Below are positions 12,116 through 24,788 of a stretch of DNA of 64,000 bases, in pieces. The notes under the pieces are model-generated. The model did not search any database and was not told the DNA's origin. It saw only the letters and a list, made by a program, of their open reading frames with translations. The DNA is from Tubulanus polymorphus (lineage: Eukaryota; Animalia; Nemertea). The stretch lies in NCBI RefSeq assembly GCF_964204645.1, contig NC_134034.1:13157062-13221061 (forward strand), in the 5' to 3' direction. A program made the position numbers and the translations under genes. Every line of letters begins with the position of its first letter. Positions within the stretch are counted from its first letter, which is position 1.

Positions 12116-12599
12116 GCGACTAACCAATCGCTTCCGGTTCAGGCTCTCCCGCACCATCCCAAAAATCCAGGCTCCGCACGACACAGGGAAACACGGCTCG
12201 GAAACAGAGAAACACGGCTCGGAAACGTGCTCATGTCTTCTGTTTACGTGTTTCCATGCGTCGTGCGCGTTTGGTTTTACGGGACGAGAATGTGTCTCAG
12301 AAACTGCGCGTTTTGACGGCGCGCACGCTATGCAGACCGCGCACTACTCGACCGGCTCTCAGTAGCTAGCGGTACTCAATACCGAGTACACCACTCCATC
12401 AGGCGCTCGTCACAGGTCTATAAAACACTTATCAGGAATATTCGCGTCAAATTCCAATATTCCAATTCGAATATTCGACTATTTCTAAGTAAGTTCTGTT
12501 TTCTTTATCGCGACTCAATACTACAGTGTTCTTTGCATGAGGTTAAAAAATGTGTCCTCCGTTGCTTTTGACTTCATTATCGCATGCATAACAAACTTG

Positions 12600-12870
12600 G
12601 TTATATAACTGTAGAATTGGAACCAGTTGCATAAAGTCAAAAAGGTCTCAAATCGTTTTTAGACTGATCGCTGGTTATAGAACTAAAATGAGCTTAGACT
12701 TAAGTTGTTAGATTGGTTATAACCAAAATGAGCTTAGATTTGTCTGAAGTTGTTAGATCGGTTATAACCAGCATGACTGGTCTTAAGTTGTTTAATTGGT
12801 TATAGAACCAAAATGAGCTTAGACTGGTCTTAAGTTGTTTGATTGGTCATTGAACCAAGATAGTCTTACG
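12600..12870 (+). repeat. Degenerate MITE family B derivative with internally multiplied subunit
   Basis: Repeated ggtcttaagttgttagattggttatagaaccaaaatgagcttagact, the internal segment of family B. Confidence 0.6.
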
Positions 12871-13413
12871 GTAAAACATATCTTAGAAATATGCGCTCGA
12901 TGTTCATCAATTCCATCAGATATTTCCTACAGTTTTCTAAGAAATTAGATTATGTACGATTTAAGTAGAAATTTTATAAAGAATTCGCAAATTTCTGAAT
13001 TTCATGAATTAATACTTGTCAGTTTTGTGTAAAAACTTCACTGGCCTATTATCAAATTTAGACTTTCACACCTCGAATCCCCATTCAGTATTCAGTCCGG
13101 GCCATCCAAGTTTTCGCACCCACCTTTCAACTCAGGTTGCACCGGTATAGTATACGAAGTTATAAGGTCAAATATCGATAATAAATGAGGGTTCGAATCC
13201 CGAATTAATGATAGTGTAGCGATCGCAGACGTCCAGTAAATAAATCGGTACTGTACGTGCTAATCGTCTGCGTTAAGTTGTATGTATGTAGAGATTTTAA
13301 TTGCCTCAGAGAATTCTGAATCGACGTGTTTGTTTACACGGGTCATTGAGTTTGCTTTGAACGTTTTACCTGAGACAGACAGGCGAGGTTGTATCCGTAT
13401 CAAACCGAGAGAC

Positions 13414-14311
13414 GAGGGAGGGGGAGAGGGAGAGGGAGAGGGAGAGGGAGAGGGAGAGGGAGAGGGAGAGGGAGAGGGAGAGGGAGAGGGAGAGGGAGAG
13501 GGAGAGGGAGAGGGAGAGGGAGAGGGAGAGGGAGAGGGAGAGGGAGAGGGAGAGGGAGAGGGAGAGGGAGAGGGAGAGGGAGAGGGAGACGGAGACGGAG
13601 AGGGAGAGGGAGAGGGAGAGGGGGAGGGAGAGGGAGAGGGAGAGGGAGAGGGAGAGGGAGAGGGAGAGGGAGAGGGAGAGGGAGAGGGAGAGGGAGAGGG
13701 AGAGGGAGAGGGAGAGGGAGAGGGAGAGGGAGAGGGAGAGGGAGAGGGAGAGGGAGACGGAGACGGAGAGGGAGAGGGAGAGGGAGAGGGAGAGGGAGAG
13801 GGAGAGGGAGAGGGAGAGGGAGAGGGAGAGGGAGAGGGAGAGGGAGAGGGAGAGGGAGAGGGAGAGGGAGAGGGAGAGGGAGAGGGAGAGGGAGAGGGAG
13901 AGGGAGAGGGAGAGGGAGAGGGAGAGGGAGAGGGAGAGGGAGAGGGAGACGGAGACGGAGACGGAGAGGGAGAGGGAGAGGGAGAGGGGGAGGGAGAGGG
14001 AGAGGGAGAGGGAGAGGGAGAGGGAGAGGGAGAGGGAGAGGGAGAGGGAGAGGGAGAGGGAGAGGGAGAGGGAGAGGGAGAGGAGAGGGAGAGGGAGAGG
14101 GAGAGGGAGAGGGAGAGGGAGAGGGAGAGGGAGAGGGAGAGGGAGAGGGAGAGGGAGAGGGAGAGGGAGAGGGAGACGGAGATGGAGAGGGAGAGGAAGA
14201 GGGAGAGGGGGAGGGAGAGAGAGAGCGAGAGGGAGACGGAGACGGAGAGGGAGAGGAAGACGGAGAGGGAGAGGGATAGAGAGGGAGAGAGAGAGGGAGA
14301 GGGAGAGGGAA
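13414..14311 (+). repeat. (GGAGAG)n polypurine microsatellite, about 900 bp
   Basis: Directly visible, with GGAGAC and GGGGAG variant units and a degenerate 3' end. Confidence 0.98.
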
Positions 14312-15005
14312 GTGCCTCGACTGACCGACTGACTGACATGAACCCCCATATTAATGCCACTCTCTTTCTAAGCTCCGTTAACACAACCCTTAAATACATC
14401 TCAATCTTTTCCTGAAATTAACGAGTTGATTGACGCTATATACGCATTACGCCAGGTGTTCCGGATTTACTCGCAGAAAATAAAACCGACCGCGCATACA
14501 CACAGATATATGGCATAGGCAAAAAACATTTTTCTATCTAAAAGATACTTCATTAAAAGCAAAAGCTCGCTTTACATAGATACCACTTGTGTTTACTAGA
14601 AGTTGAGGCCGGTTTTATCGGGTTTTGTCAGAATCGGCTGCTCGATTCAGTACCGCGCTGTCCGACTGTTATTCTAGTTGAAATAGTTCATATCGTTTTG
14701 AACCGTACGACAATCAAATCTTAATCACGATCTGAATGGAAATTATGCGCTCAATTTTCTTTCTTCTTTTAAAATTTTCCGGTTTACGAATTTGGCTTCA
14801 TGCAATGAAAACTTTGAAATCAACAGTTTAAACCTATAAACAACATGAGATATATATTTGCAATTTCTGGAGAAGACAGAGAAAATGAAAATGCATTTTG
14901 AAAGCCAGCAACCATCACCAGCGAACGTGGTGGATCGTTGCGGAAACCTCGCTTGCCACACAGTAGTAGTGCTGGTACCACATTCCTTGACATACGCGTA
15001 GTTGC

Positions 15006-15309
15006 CCATCCTCTCTCGGCAGGGATTCGAACCTGATGGCATCGCTAGACTCAGCCGCAGCACGAAACCCTGCCGCGCTAGACCGGGTGCGCAGGTACAT
15101 GCGCAGGTTTGAGGCGTCAATCAGATTGCCCGTTGCATAATCGCTGAGGCAAATTTCACGGCTGAAATAAAACGTGATTTCTGATTGGCTTATAATGACA
15201 TCATCTAGGCTGTGTATGTAGCTGCGCACTCGCGGGCTAATCGGGTATGGGTTTCTTGCCGATGGCAGAGTCTCGATGCCATCAGGTTCGAATCCCCTGT
15301 GGAGGATGG
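15006..15309. mobile_element. MITE-like family A, full copy (~300 bp, ~90-bp imperfect terminal inverted repeats)
   Basis: Ends CCATCCTC...GGGATTCGAACCTGATGGCATCG and the reverse complement at 15275-15309. No clear target duplication. Further copies at 19873 and 58278. Confidence 0.8.
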
Positions 15310-17080
15310 TGTAAAGTTCCAATAAAGCGCCGCCGCCGGCAACCCGAGACGACGAAGACGCTTTAAAAACCGTTCGACAGAAATTTCTAGAAAATCGCGC
15401 CGACAAATTGTTTAATGACATCGACGTCAATCAGGGTAACATCGATATTAGTCATTCGCTTTTATCGACACGCGTTTGTGTATGCATGTAACGTATATTG
15501 TGCACCCCCAGCTACCGAACCCCGTAAAAAAAGACGATTTATATTCAAAATATCTGCTCGTTCATCGTTACTCTCCGGCAAATATTATCATAATGTTGTC
15601 GTTTCGCGCGCCTCGTCGGTTTTCGTAAATGTCAACTGTAAACAATATGTGCGTATATATCACTGAATGAGGGGGAATTCAAAGCGAAAATAGGCACAAC
15701 GCCTAATATGAGAAAATCCGCCCGCGGTTATTACGTTTTTTCTCGTCGTCGTCTTCGCCTGCCAGGGTATGTTTGCCTTGGCGATCTAGCCACGCCAGAC
15801 GCGGTGATCGTCAAATTATGTGAATTTAAAATTTTAGAAAACTAAGATAGTTTATCAAATCAAAAATCAAGAATTGTGTTAGATTTTTATTTGAAATTAA
15901 ATGAATTCTTTTCATTTTTGACGTTACGTTGAAAGATTTTCGGACTTAATCTTTTTTGAGAAACTGGGTGCTGGGTTTTTGTTCTCGAGAAAAAATAACA
16001 ATCTTTATTTACATTGAAATTATAACATAATATAACACTCAGAAACGAAGGCGCTGCGGCCCTCAATGAACTGCGGGGTCGAAGTTCCCCATTTCATATC
16101 TATTCCAAACGCGCTCGACTGATCGACCCCTCTTCCCCTCGAGGCCTGCTGCCTTTACCCCGTCAAAGCGTAATGTCAATCGAGCTGCTTGAAGTCCGTT
16201 CGATTCGTTTGGTTTGGTTTCGAAATGCCACGCGCGTTTGATGCGTAAACAAACGAGTCTTTGAAATAAAAGAACAGACATATTCCGGTTCATATTTATC
16301 ATGTATGTATGGTCGGCGATCGAACACGGAAAAAGAAAGGAATAAAGGGTTAGTTTGAAGTCTGATCGAAACGTGGCCAAACGCTCGCTATTTCGCTGCT
16401 AGGCGTAAGGCGCTAAAATCGCGTTCTGTTTTCTGATATACAAAACCTATATTCGTTCAACTGCGCAAATCGAATGAAATGAAATATAACGTTTCTCTTC
16501 GTGATTTTGTTATTCGTTTGTGTTTGTGTTGTGTTCGCTGCGGAGACTGCGTGGGCGATCAGTTTAACGTATGATACGTGACACCACCAGGAGTGCTGCG
16601 AGTCACAAAATAGACACTTCATCGAATAGGCTTAGATGTATATAGATCCCTCCAATAGTTAATGTACTGTAAATAGTTTTGTTTTATTTTCTCTCGCTTT
16701 GTAAATATTGTATATTTCATAGCCTCCAACCATGATCACCGAACTCAAATCATATCATTTGATTTGATTTCTATGCAACCATATTCCACCGTTACAATGT
16801 TTGTTTATATTGAAATATTGATGACCTAGTGCGCAACGACTACACCTTTCCGCTTGTATTCTGCATTTATATGCTTATGATACACACGTATTAAAGGTGA
16901 CATGATTCAACAACTGGTTTCGAGAATCTGACGAATCGAAGCAACTGCCGCCGTTCATAACCCCCAACCGCCGGTGAAAACTATTCTGCAGATTACAAGC
17001 TATGAGTTATGGCGCCTATTATGTGATTAGAGCTATAAGGTACGGCTATGAATTGCAGCTAAATCAAATAGCAGACTTTG

Positions 17081-17238
<158 letters not shown>

Positions 17239-17729
17239 TGGGGTTTTGTTACTACAGACTTCAATAGAGAGAATATATTTCAGCACCTGCTTCGCTGGAA
17301 ATGTGAACTTAGGTTTAGTTTCACGGCGCTGTGAGTCTTTGAAGTCACTGAAAACACTAGGGATTGTTGATTCTACATTCTATTGACTTCATCAAACAAA
17401 TAACATATAATGAGCTGTTTTAGAAATAGGCACATATGGCCAACCATATTTTCTTGATAGAAATATGAGGTTATTATTCTGAATTCTGATGAAATGTTGG
17501 ATATCGGCAATCATTTGTTAAGAAATTAAGTAAACATAGGTGAATAGTTTCGTTTCGTGTGCTGGGTTGTTCTCTGATGTATTCAGTTCTTGATCAGCAG
17601 TCAGGAGTCAGTCAGTCAATCTTTCACTGGTCTCTCGTTAATTCAGGGTACAGGTGTTTGGCTCCGGTGGTAGCTGTCAGTCAGTATTTTACTGGTCTCT
17701 CGTCAATCCATCCATGGTTAATATATACT

Positions 17730-19786
17730 GTTGTCGTATGGCGGCTATTCCGATAAAAGATATTCACAGGGGTCAATGGAGTCTACTTTATTGATTTCAC
17801 ATATATCGATGTTGTTTACTGATGATGACTATTATGGGTGCGGCCACACACTCTCGTTGACAGGTGATTCGAAATCAATATCTGTCTTCAAAACTTTTCA
17901 CGTCGATTTGTAAATCTATTTAACGACGGTTAGATTTGGTTAAACGTTTTGCACCTAAGGATACGTTACAGTCTTATAAACCAAGTTCCATAGTTTCTAA
18001 TTGTTGAAATTTGACTCAAGAATCTAGGATAAAACGTTGTAATGAACTTATCTCAACTCTAAGAGTTTAGAGTCGAAGACGGTGCAAGGTTTTACATTTT
18101 TTTTCAAACTTTGTATCGATTGAGCTGGTTCTTTGGGGGTTAAACTGGCGCCGTGCCTCAATTCTGGAAGTTCACCATGACCGCTATATCTATAGTTCCA
18201 ACGTGCAGCCTCTTGCTTGTGGAGCTGGATTGCCGTACTCAGTTCCACAGTGGAATATAGACTTCGGACTGGAGCCCAATTAAGTTCTCGGTTCGATAGA
18301 TTGACAGTAATATGTAGGTCAACTTGTCCATCTTCTATACGTCAATAACTCTGAGGTCTATCTAACTCAAAGCCTTTCCACATTTGGAAATCATCTATTT
18401 ACAGATAAATCGCAACAATGTGTACCATAGGAAAGATAATGCAAAATGTTGTAATATATAACTGGGGTTTCAGAAAAAGCAAGGCTTGTATATTAAGAAT
18501 TCACTCGCATGTGATATCTTTTCCAACTTTTTGAATTCCTGGTCACTGTGTTTTCGGTTAAAGGCAGTAAAAATTTAACATTTATCTATAAAGATTCACG
18601 TTTTTTCTATATATGTACATCTTTTTTCGAATTGTGAAATTGAATTCTTTTTCATCCATCGAAGTCAACTTGTTGCATGTATGCACATTTCAGATCTGTA
18701 CTCGTTGAATTAACGAGCTTTGAATTACGGATTCTTTTCCATCTTCATCAAAACGGTTGCATTTTTGAAGTGTTTTATTTCGCGATCAACTCGTGCGAAA
18801 CTCGAAATGTCTTTAAACCGGGAGAATTATGCTGCTTGATAGTTTTACGAAACGCAATTCAACATTTCGATGAGTTAAGTTCGAGCGTTGAATATTTTTC
18901 GATTCGAGTCGTCGTCTTGTATCACAAGGTCTTGCGCCTCCTTGTCAACTATTCCGTCGATGATGAAATCCAGGAAATGGGTATCCAGCTTCAGTTGAGA
19001 GGCATCGCTAGAAGGGCGCGTCCCTGCCTGTTAGCAATTTGAAGCGATGTATCCTGTGAAATCAGATTTGATTTTCCTAATCGTAATTCGCTTGTCACTA
19101 GTCGCTTATCTCATAAAAGGAAAAATTTGACGATCTGTTAGAAATGGCAGACAGGAAAATACTGCCCCTGGTTTTTTTTTGACATGCCACGGATAAGCTT
19201 CAGTTTCACTTAGTGAGTTTTAACCATTTTTCCAAATGCTAGGTTTAGCTTTTTGATGGGGAAGATTTTCGATGATCGTGGACTCTGTAACACGTTCAGT
19301 TGATGATTCCAATACATCCCCGCCATTTTTAAATCGTATCAAATAACTTCCGGAGATGATTTGACGATTTGGTAAATCAATATGAATTTTATGCCGCGAC
19401 AAAATAAAACGTTTAACCAAATCAAATCTTATTCTGCCCGGAAAAATACGATATTAGTAAAATCAAATCCGATTTGAAAATTCGCCGTTAGTTATCTCGA
19501 CAAGGTTGGCCGCAGATGAATCATCGATTGCCGCGGTAAGACTCCGGTTGGAGATGCAGATTGCCCGCAGATTCCACTTCCGCAGTAATTCAAGCAAATT
19601 GACTATAATTTGCCGGCTTTTAAAAATCACCACACGATCGTTAAAAATGGAATTCTCTTTGATGACGACTTTGAAGCCACTTGCGACGCTTCCGTTCCCT
19701 AAGGACGTGTCGTTGAGAACACAGTCAGATGACTCGGGTAACGGTGCCGTATTGTCCCGCGAGCTCTCACCTGCCATTACTATCAC
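17730..19786 (-). pseudogene. Possible decayed coding sequence of unknown family
   Basis: Several protein-like minus-strand open stretches: 19786-19463 and 19420-19220 are in one frame, and others lie at about 19030-18880 and 18320-18048. They are broken by stops and frameshifts. Candidate donor near 19223 and acceptor tttcacAG before 19053. No family recognised. Confidence 0.3.
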
Positions 19787-19872
19787 AAATCACTCAGATT
19801 TTAATGCAAAGTTGGGAGAGCATTTTCCGATGGTAAAAAAAGGTAAAATGACTACTGGCCACTTCCATGAAC

Positions 19873-20334
19873 CCATCCTCCCGCGGCAGGGATTCGAACC
19901 TGATGGCATCGAGATTACCACGGTACGAAACCCTGCCGCACTAAACCGAGTGCGCAGCTACACGCGAAGCTTAGATGATGTCATTATTAGCCAATCAGAT
20001 ATCCCGTTTTATTTCAGCCCGGGTTTTCCCATTTATAGTTCTTCCGTGAAATTACCTCAGTGATTAAACAACGAGCAATCTGATTGGTGCCGCAAGTTTT
20101 CGTGAGGCAAAGTTGTGAGTGTAACTGCGCACCCGGTCTACTGTGGCAGGGGTTCGTACCGTGGCTGAGTGTAGCGATGCCACCAGGTTCGCATCCCTGC
20201 CGTGGGAGGTGCCGTGGCTGAGTGTAGCGATGCCACCAGGTTCGCATCCCTGCCGTGGGAGGTGCCGTGGCTGAGTGTAGCGATGCCACCAGGTTCGCAT
20301 CCCTGCCGTGGGAGGTGCCGTGGCTGAGTCTAGC
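19873..20334. mobile_element. MITE-like family A copy, opposite orientation, right end expanded into 3.2 x 53-bp tandem units
   Basis: Same TIR and internal ccaatcaga segments as 15006-15309; gtggctgagt recurs at 20161, 20214, 20267 and 20320. Confidence 0.8.
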
Positions 20335-20390
20335 CAGTTTGTATGTATGTATAGATTTTACGACACCAATTTGCCAAATTACTTAAAGAT

Positions 20391-20587
20391 CTACTGTACA
20401 CTAGCGACATCTAGTGGATCCTCACTTGCCACAAGTGGAATCTTCTATTGTAACAATAGTTGATGTCCTTCTGTACACTAGCGACACCTATCGGATTCTC
20501 ACTTGCCACAAATGGAATCTTCTATTGTAATCGTATGTGATGTCCTACAGTACACTAGCGACACCTAGTGGATCCTCACTTGCCACA
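20391..20587 (+). repeat. 77-bp repeat family C (CTCF-like motif in each unit)
   Basis: cactagcgacacctagtggatcctcacttgccac at 20399, 20476 and 20553; reverse copies at 25880-26110 and 36020-36282. Confidence 0.8.
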
Positions 20588-21495
20588 GTGCATTGTCGTT
20601 TTTTCGCTGTTTTTTATACATCAGTTTTGCCGGTGACAATGGTTTAAAAACGTTTTGAATGAAATCAACGCTGCATCAACGCTGCATCAACGCTGCGTCG
20701 TGTTGACACAATATTTGACGTTGATGAATAATTAAATGAAACCCGAAACGTAGCGTTTTTTTTTTCATCTACGTGATTTTTCAGTTTTATACGACGAAAC
20801 CTATTGACGCGTTGCCTAGCTATTCAAACTACTGTTTATCTATAGCGAGCTGCTTTGACTTCCTGTTAGTAGTATCGGCAAATTCGGTTTTGCCGATAAT
20901 ATTTGTTTTTCGTGGTCTCTTTAATGGGAAAACTCAAATTCATATTCCAGTCCGCGGGACGACTGTAGTTTTTCCCAGCCTACTACCGGCGATAACTCAA
21001 TGCGCAAATACCTTAACAAAGTCCCAACGTTTTTACCCTCATGGTCCTAATATTTTACCCTCATGGTCCCAATGTTTTCGGCCTAGTAGTCCCACACAGG
21101 TCTCATCCTCACAGTTTCAGTATTTTCGCCAGTTTATATTCCATATAAAATGTCATATTCAAAGTGACCTAGAATAGTCGAACATTATCCATTCTATACT
21201 GAAATACGGATCTAAGATTATCACGAAGTCCCCGGAATGTGTAAGTATGTAGCAGGCGCATCGAGAGTACGAAGATAATAACCGTGTGCGCCATCAGATA
21301 CAGCACAGCCTGCGGGGAAACATGCAGCAGCCAACCAGTGTCAGCCAGTGACAACCGGCGTCAAACAATGTCCCGTCAGTTCATTCATTCATAGTTACAA
21401 CTCTATAATCAACGGGTACAGCAACATCAGTAACCAACCTCCCGACACTAACTTGAACGACAAGTATTTGACGATCACGCGCGGTGGATGTTGAA

Positions 21496-22587
21496 ATGAA
21501 TACCACAGCGCTCGCCCCCGCGTCTACCGGTGATTGCGAATTCAAGCACCGTCCAGTCCGATGGACACAGGTTTTCGGTTATAGACTTTACATGTTAGGA
21601 TATTTACCAGCAGCAGTTGTAGGGATGTGTCTCAACGGAATTTCTATTTCGATATTTAGAAAGATCGGTCGGTCTGCGTATCGTACTATAATCATTCTCG
21701 CCTGGTTCGATTTCATATTTCTATTAATGGTTTTTATTCTGTATCCACTTCGAATTATTATACTATTGGTTTTCTATGAACTCGGAATAATCAGACAATA
21801 CTTTGATGATTGGCTTTTTGGACACGAAATCATTATTTGGGCGAAACCTCTTTTCTACACATTTCAAATGTCCAGAAATTGGACCGTAGTTATCGTGAAT
21901 TTTGAAAGACTTCTGGTCGTCTGGAGTCCGCTGTATTTCAAAAGATTCTGGAACAAAAGACAAATAATTTCTCTATCAGTTTTTAATGCACTTTTTTCCG
22001 CTATTAGTTACTGGCCGTACTACTTACCACTTCGTTTACCGGGAAGAGCAACGCGTCCTTGTTTTAAAGGTGCCTTTACGATGGGCGCTTTCGGCGCGAA
22101 AACGGTCCGCACTCCTTTCAATTATCGACCTAGCCGTGGACAGGATCACGTTTTCCATTCTTATATGTTTATGACAATAATTGTACCTTTTTTCGTCCTA
22201 TTTGTCGTAAATCTAACCATGTTTGCGATAATGATATTCAGAAAATGTAATCCCAATAAAAAATTTCAAACTTCAGACGCAGTCGGCGATAAACCTAAAA
22301 ATTCATCTTCTACCGAATTCAAAATATTGAAAATGGTTCTACTAATTGTGTTGATGTATTTTATCTTTGAAATACCGGCATCTTTAGACCGCACTTTGTG
22401 GTTCTTCCGGGTCACATCTAAATTAAATCTTAACCACAATGATCAAATGGTCATACGCAAAGTAGGAATCCTTCTTAGCGTTTTAGACTCATCTGTAAAT
22501 TTCTGCATCTATTGCGCAACGAGTGACGCCTTCAGAAAAAAAGCTAAACAAGTTTTTCTTATCAACTACCTGTTTGATTCTAGATAG
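21496..22587 (+). CDS. Intronless class A (rhodopsin-like) GPCR, FMRFamide-receptor/srw-like orphan, 363 aa
   Basis: First in-frame ATG is at 21496 (MNTT, an N-glycosylation sequon). Seven hydrophobic segments with motifs GxxxN (TM1), LAxxD (TM2), FERLxxVxxP (TM3), VPFxxLxxxN (TM5), FEIP (TM6), DSSVNFCIY (TM7) and helix 8 FRKK. Confidence 0.93.
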   Translation: MNTTALAPASTGDCEFKHRPVRWTQVFGYRLYMLGYLPAAVVGMCLNGISISIFRKIGRSAYRTIIILAWFDFIFLLMVFILYPLRIIILLVFYELGIIRQYFDDWLFGHEIIIWAKPLFYTFQMSRNWTVVIVNFERLLVVWSPLYFKRFWNKRQIISLSVFNALFSAISYWPYYLPLRLPGRATRPCFKGAFTMGAFGAKTVRTPFNYRPSRGQDHVFHSYMFMTIIVPFFVLFVVNLTMFAIMIFRKCNPNKKFQTSDAVGDKPKNSSSTEFKILKMVLLIVLMYFIFEIPASLDRTLWFFRVTSKLNLNHNDQMVIRKVGILLSVLDSSVNFCIYCATSDAFRKKAKQVFLINYLFDSR

Positions 22588-22775
22588 AATATCTAATCGC
22601 CACTTCATGGCTTGACCACCTGGGTATGATCCCACAATGGACCGGTTAAAAAAAATGGATTCTAGGTTTGAAACATTGGGAGTTAACTCAAACTAATTAG
22701 TCGATTATTGATACTTGTCAAGGAAACCTGGCACAACACTGCGGAAATATCTCGATTTACAAACACGAACAACAG

Positions 22776-22907
22776 GGGCCAGTTGCACAGTTGTGACTTA
22801 AGTCCATAATTGGTCTTAAATCTTAAGACTGGTCTCAAGTTGTTAGATTGGCTATAGAACGAAGTTGGTCTTAGACTGGTCTTAAGTCTAAGCCATGACT
22901 ATGCAAC
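22776..22907 (+). mobile_element. PIF/Harbinger-type MITE family B (right end clipped)
   Basis: Starts cag-GGGCCAGTTGCACAGT and ends CATGACTATGCAAC; interior rich in CTTAAG. Confidence 0.75.
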
Positions 22908-23994
22908 AGAATTCTAATCCAAAAGTTCATTAATTCTATGTACAAGTAGTATTAGAGATATAGTTACGACACCATAGCTGTTACATAATGACTCCTGTGC
23001 CGAAACCGCGAAATGTATACTTCGATTTCCTATTTCAAAATCGAACACCCTGTTTCGCTGCAGGACGGTGTGGTGAGTTTTTAAGGGACACGTTAAAATT
23101 TGAAATCAAAGAAACCGTATATTACGTTTTACGTATATTCGTGTTGAAACGATTGTATGCGTAAAATTCCACAATATACAATAACAGAAAAAAGGCCCGA
23201 GCGATTTCCTTGAGTTAGTAGTTATATAGTAGTAAATATGTGAAGTGTGAATGATCGGTTTTCGAAGACGTGCGGATGAAATATCAATGATTTTTATTTT
23301 CGATTTCTTTAACTCCCTTCAACTCGAATACGAAATATGCAGAAAACATTACCGTTAGACTGAATTTCTGTTAGCCATATAATATACGACGTGTGATGCA
23401 TTCAATGATAAACCAATCAGCGAAATATACCGTATACGATTACTAGACAAAGACGGTAACGACAGCAAATACGCGATATAATATCATTAAGTCCAACAGC
23501 ATGTGGCGAAGTAATTAAGCAGTCATTTCATACGCTTCTAATCGATAAGATGAGATATTGATATTATTTATGATTATTATTATTATTATTAACCGATTGT
23601 TGTTGTTGTGTTTGGAAATATCTAATATAAATTCTATTCGCGAACGATACGTCAATTGCCGCTGTCCGCCGGTAGTCTGACGAAGAGTCCCGTATCAGAA
23701 ACCAATAAAGTATCTAAAACGAGGAAATTCGATTCCGAATGAAAACTGTGGTGGTTACTACGCTGCACATTAATGAACAACGGAAACTGCCGACGCTACT
23801 GTGGCAATCGAGGATTCCAGTTATGGCAAGCGTAACTTATCTGAGTTAGTCGACTATTTACGAACTAAACGAAACCGTATATCAGTAAGTCGGAACTATC
23901 GTCCAGAAATAGTCGACACGGGATTGGGCGAAGATATATTTCGGTGCCCTTTTTTAATTCATCATTTTCCTCAATCCGTATTCTAAGAGTCCAG

Positions 23995-24253
23995 GGGCCA
24001 GTTGCACAGTCGTGACTTAAGTCCAAAAAGGGTCTTAAATCTTAAGACTGGTCTTAAGTTGTTAGATTGGCTATAAAACTAAGTTGGTCTTAGACTCGTC
24101 TTAAGTCTAAGCCATGACTATGCAACCGGCCCACGGGGCCAGTCCCATAGCTGAGACTTAAGTTCAAAAGTGCGTCTTGAATCGTAAGGCTGGTCTCAAG
24201 CTGTTAGATTAGCTATACAACCAAAATGGTCTTATACCATGACTATAGAACCG
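23995..24253 (+). mobile_element. MITE family B, two tandem copies (23995-24132 intact; 24136-24253 diverged)
   Basis: TIRs GGGCCAGTTGCACAGTCGTGACTTA / TAAGCCATGACTATGCAACCGGCCC; the copies are separated by 3 nt. Confidence 0.8.
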
Positions 24254-24788
24254 TGTTTCGTTTCGACGCCTAATGTTACGTACTTTCCCGAAGCAGTCTA
24301 TTCGCTAATTAACGACTAATTATGAAACTCGGTAAAAACAAATAAACAGACTATGCGGCGGTGCCTTAAAACTTAAGACTCGTGACTTAAAACTTTAGAC
24401 TCATGACTTAAACTTAATTATCGACATCTATCAACATTGCGAACACGCACGAAAGGCAGAATGTTGAATAATTGAAATCGGTATCCGGTTACCCAAACGT
24501 CGGATCGGTTTCATCGCGATAGCTTCCTTTTTATGCGCGCTCTCTCTCTCTCTCTCACCGTCTTACAGATATATCGTTCCGGGGAGTTTCTAGCATCGTC
24601 GAAGATGCGGTCGAATGCGTCGCGAAAACGTGACTGAAATATATCATATTGCCGTGGCGTGTTTGAGCGTTTGAGAGATGACAGCTCGTTGTTTCGGTAC
24701 TGCGTGTGGTGTACCTCTGCGTGTCTACCCGGTACCAATCCATAGCCCGAAACACCGCAACCTTTGACATCATTTACCTTCGCAGGGT

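Noticed and set aside
13260-14415. Long SP/GE/RG/SL-repeat ORFs
   Set aside because: By-products of the stop-free (GGAGAG)n microsatellite.
18670-19053. TAA recoding (six in-frame stops, all TAA, in one minus-strand frame)
   Set aside because: The stop count is near the random expectation for this composition, and the TAA codons are TTA codons of an open + strand frame. Nothing else in the window suggests a variant code.
21484-21495. GTG start for the first GPCR
   Set aside because: In a eukaryote the in-frame ATG at 21496 (gaaATG, MNTT) is the more plausible start.
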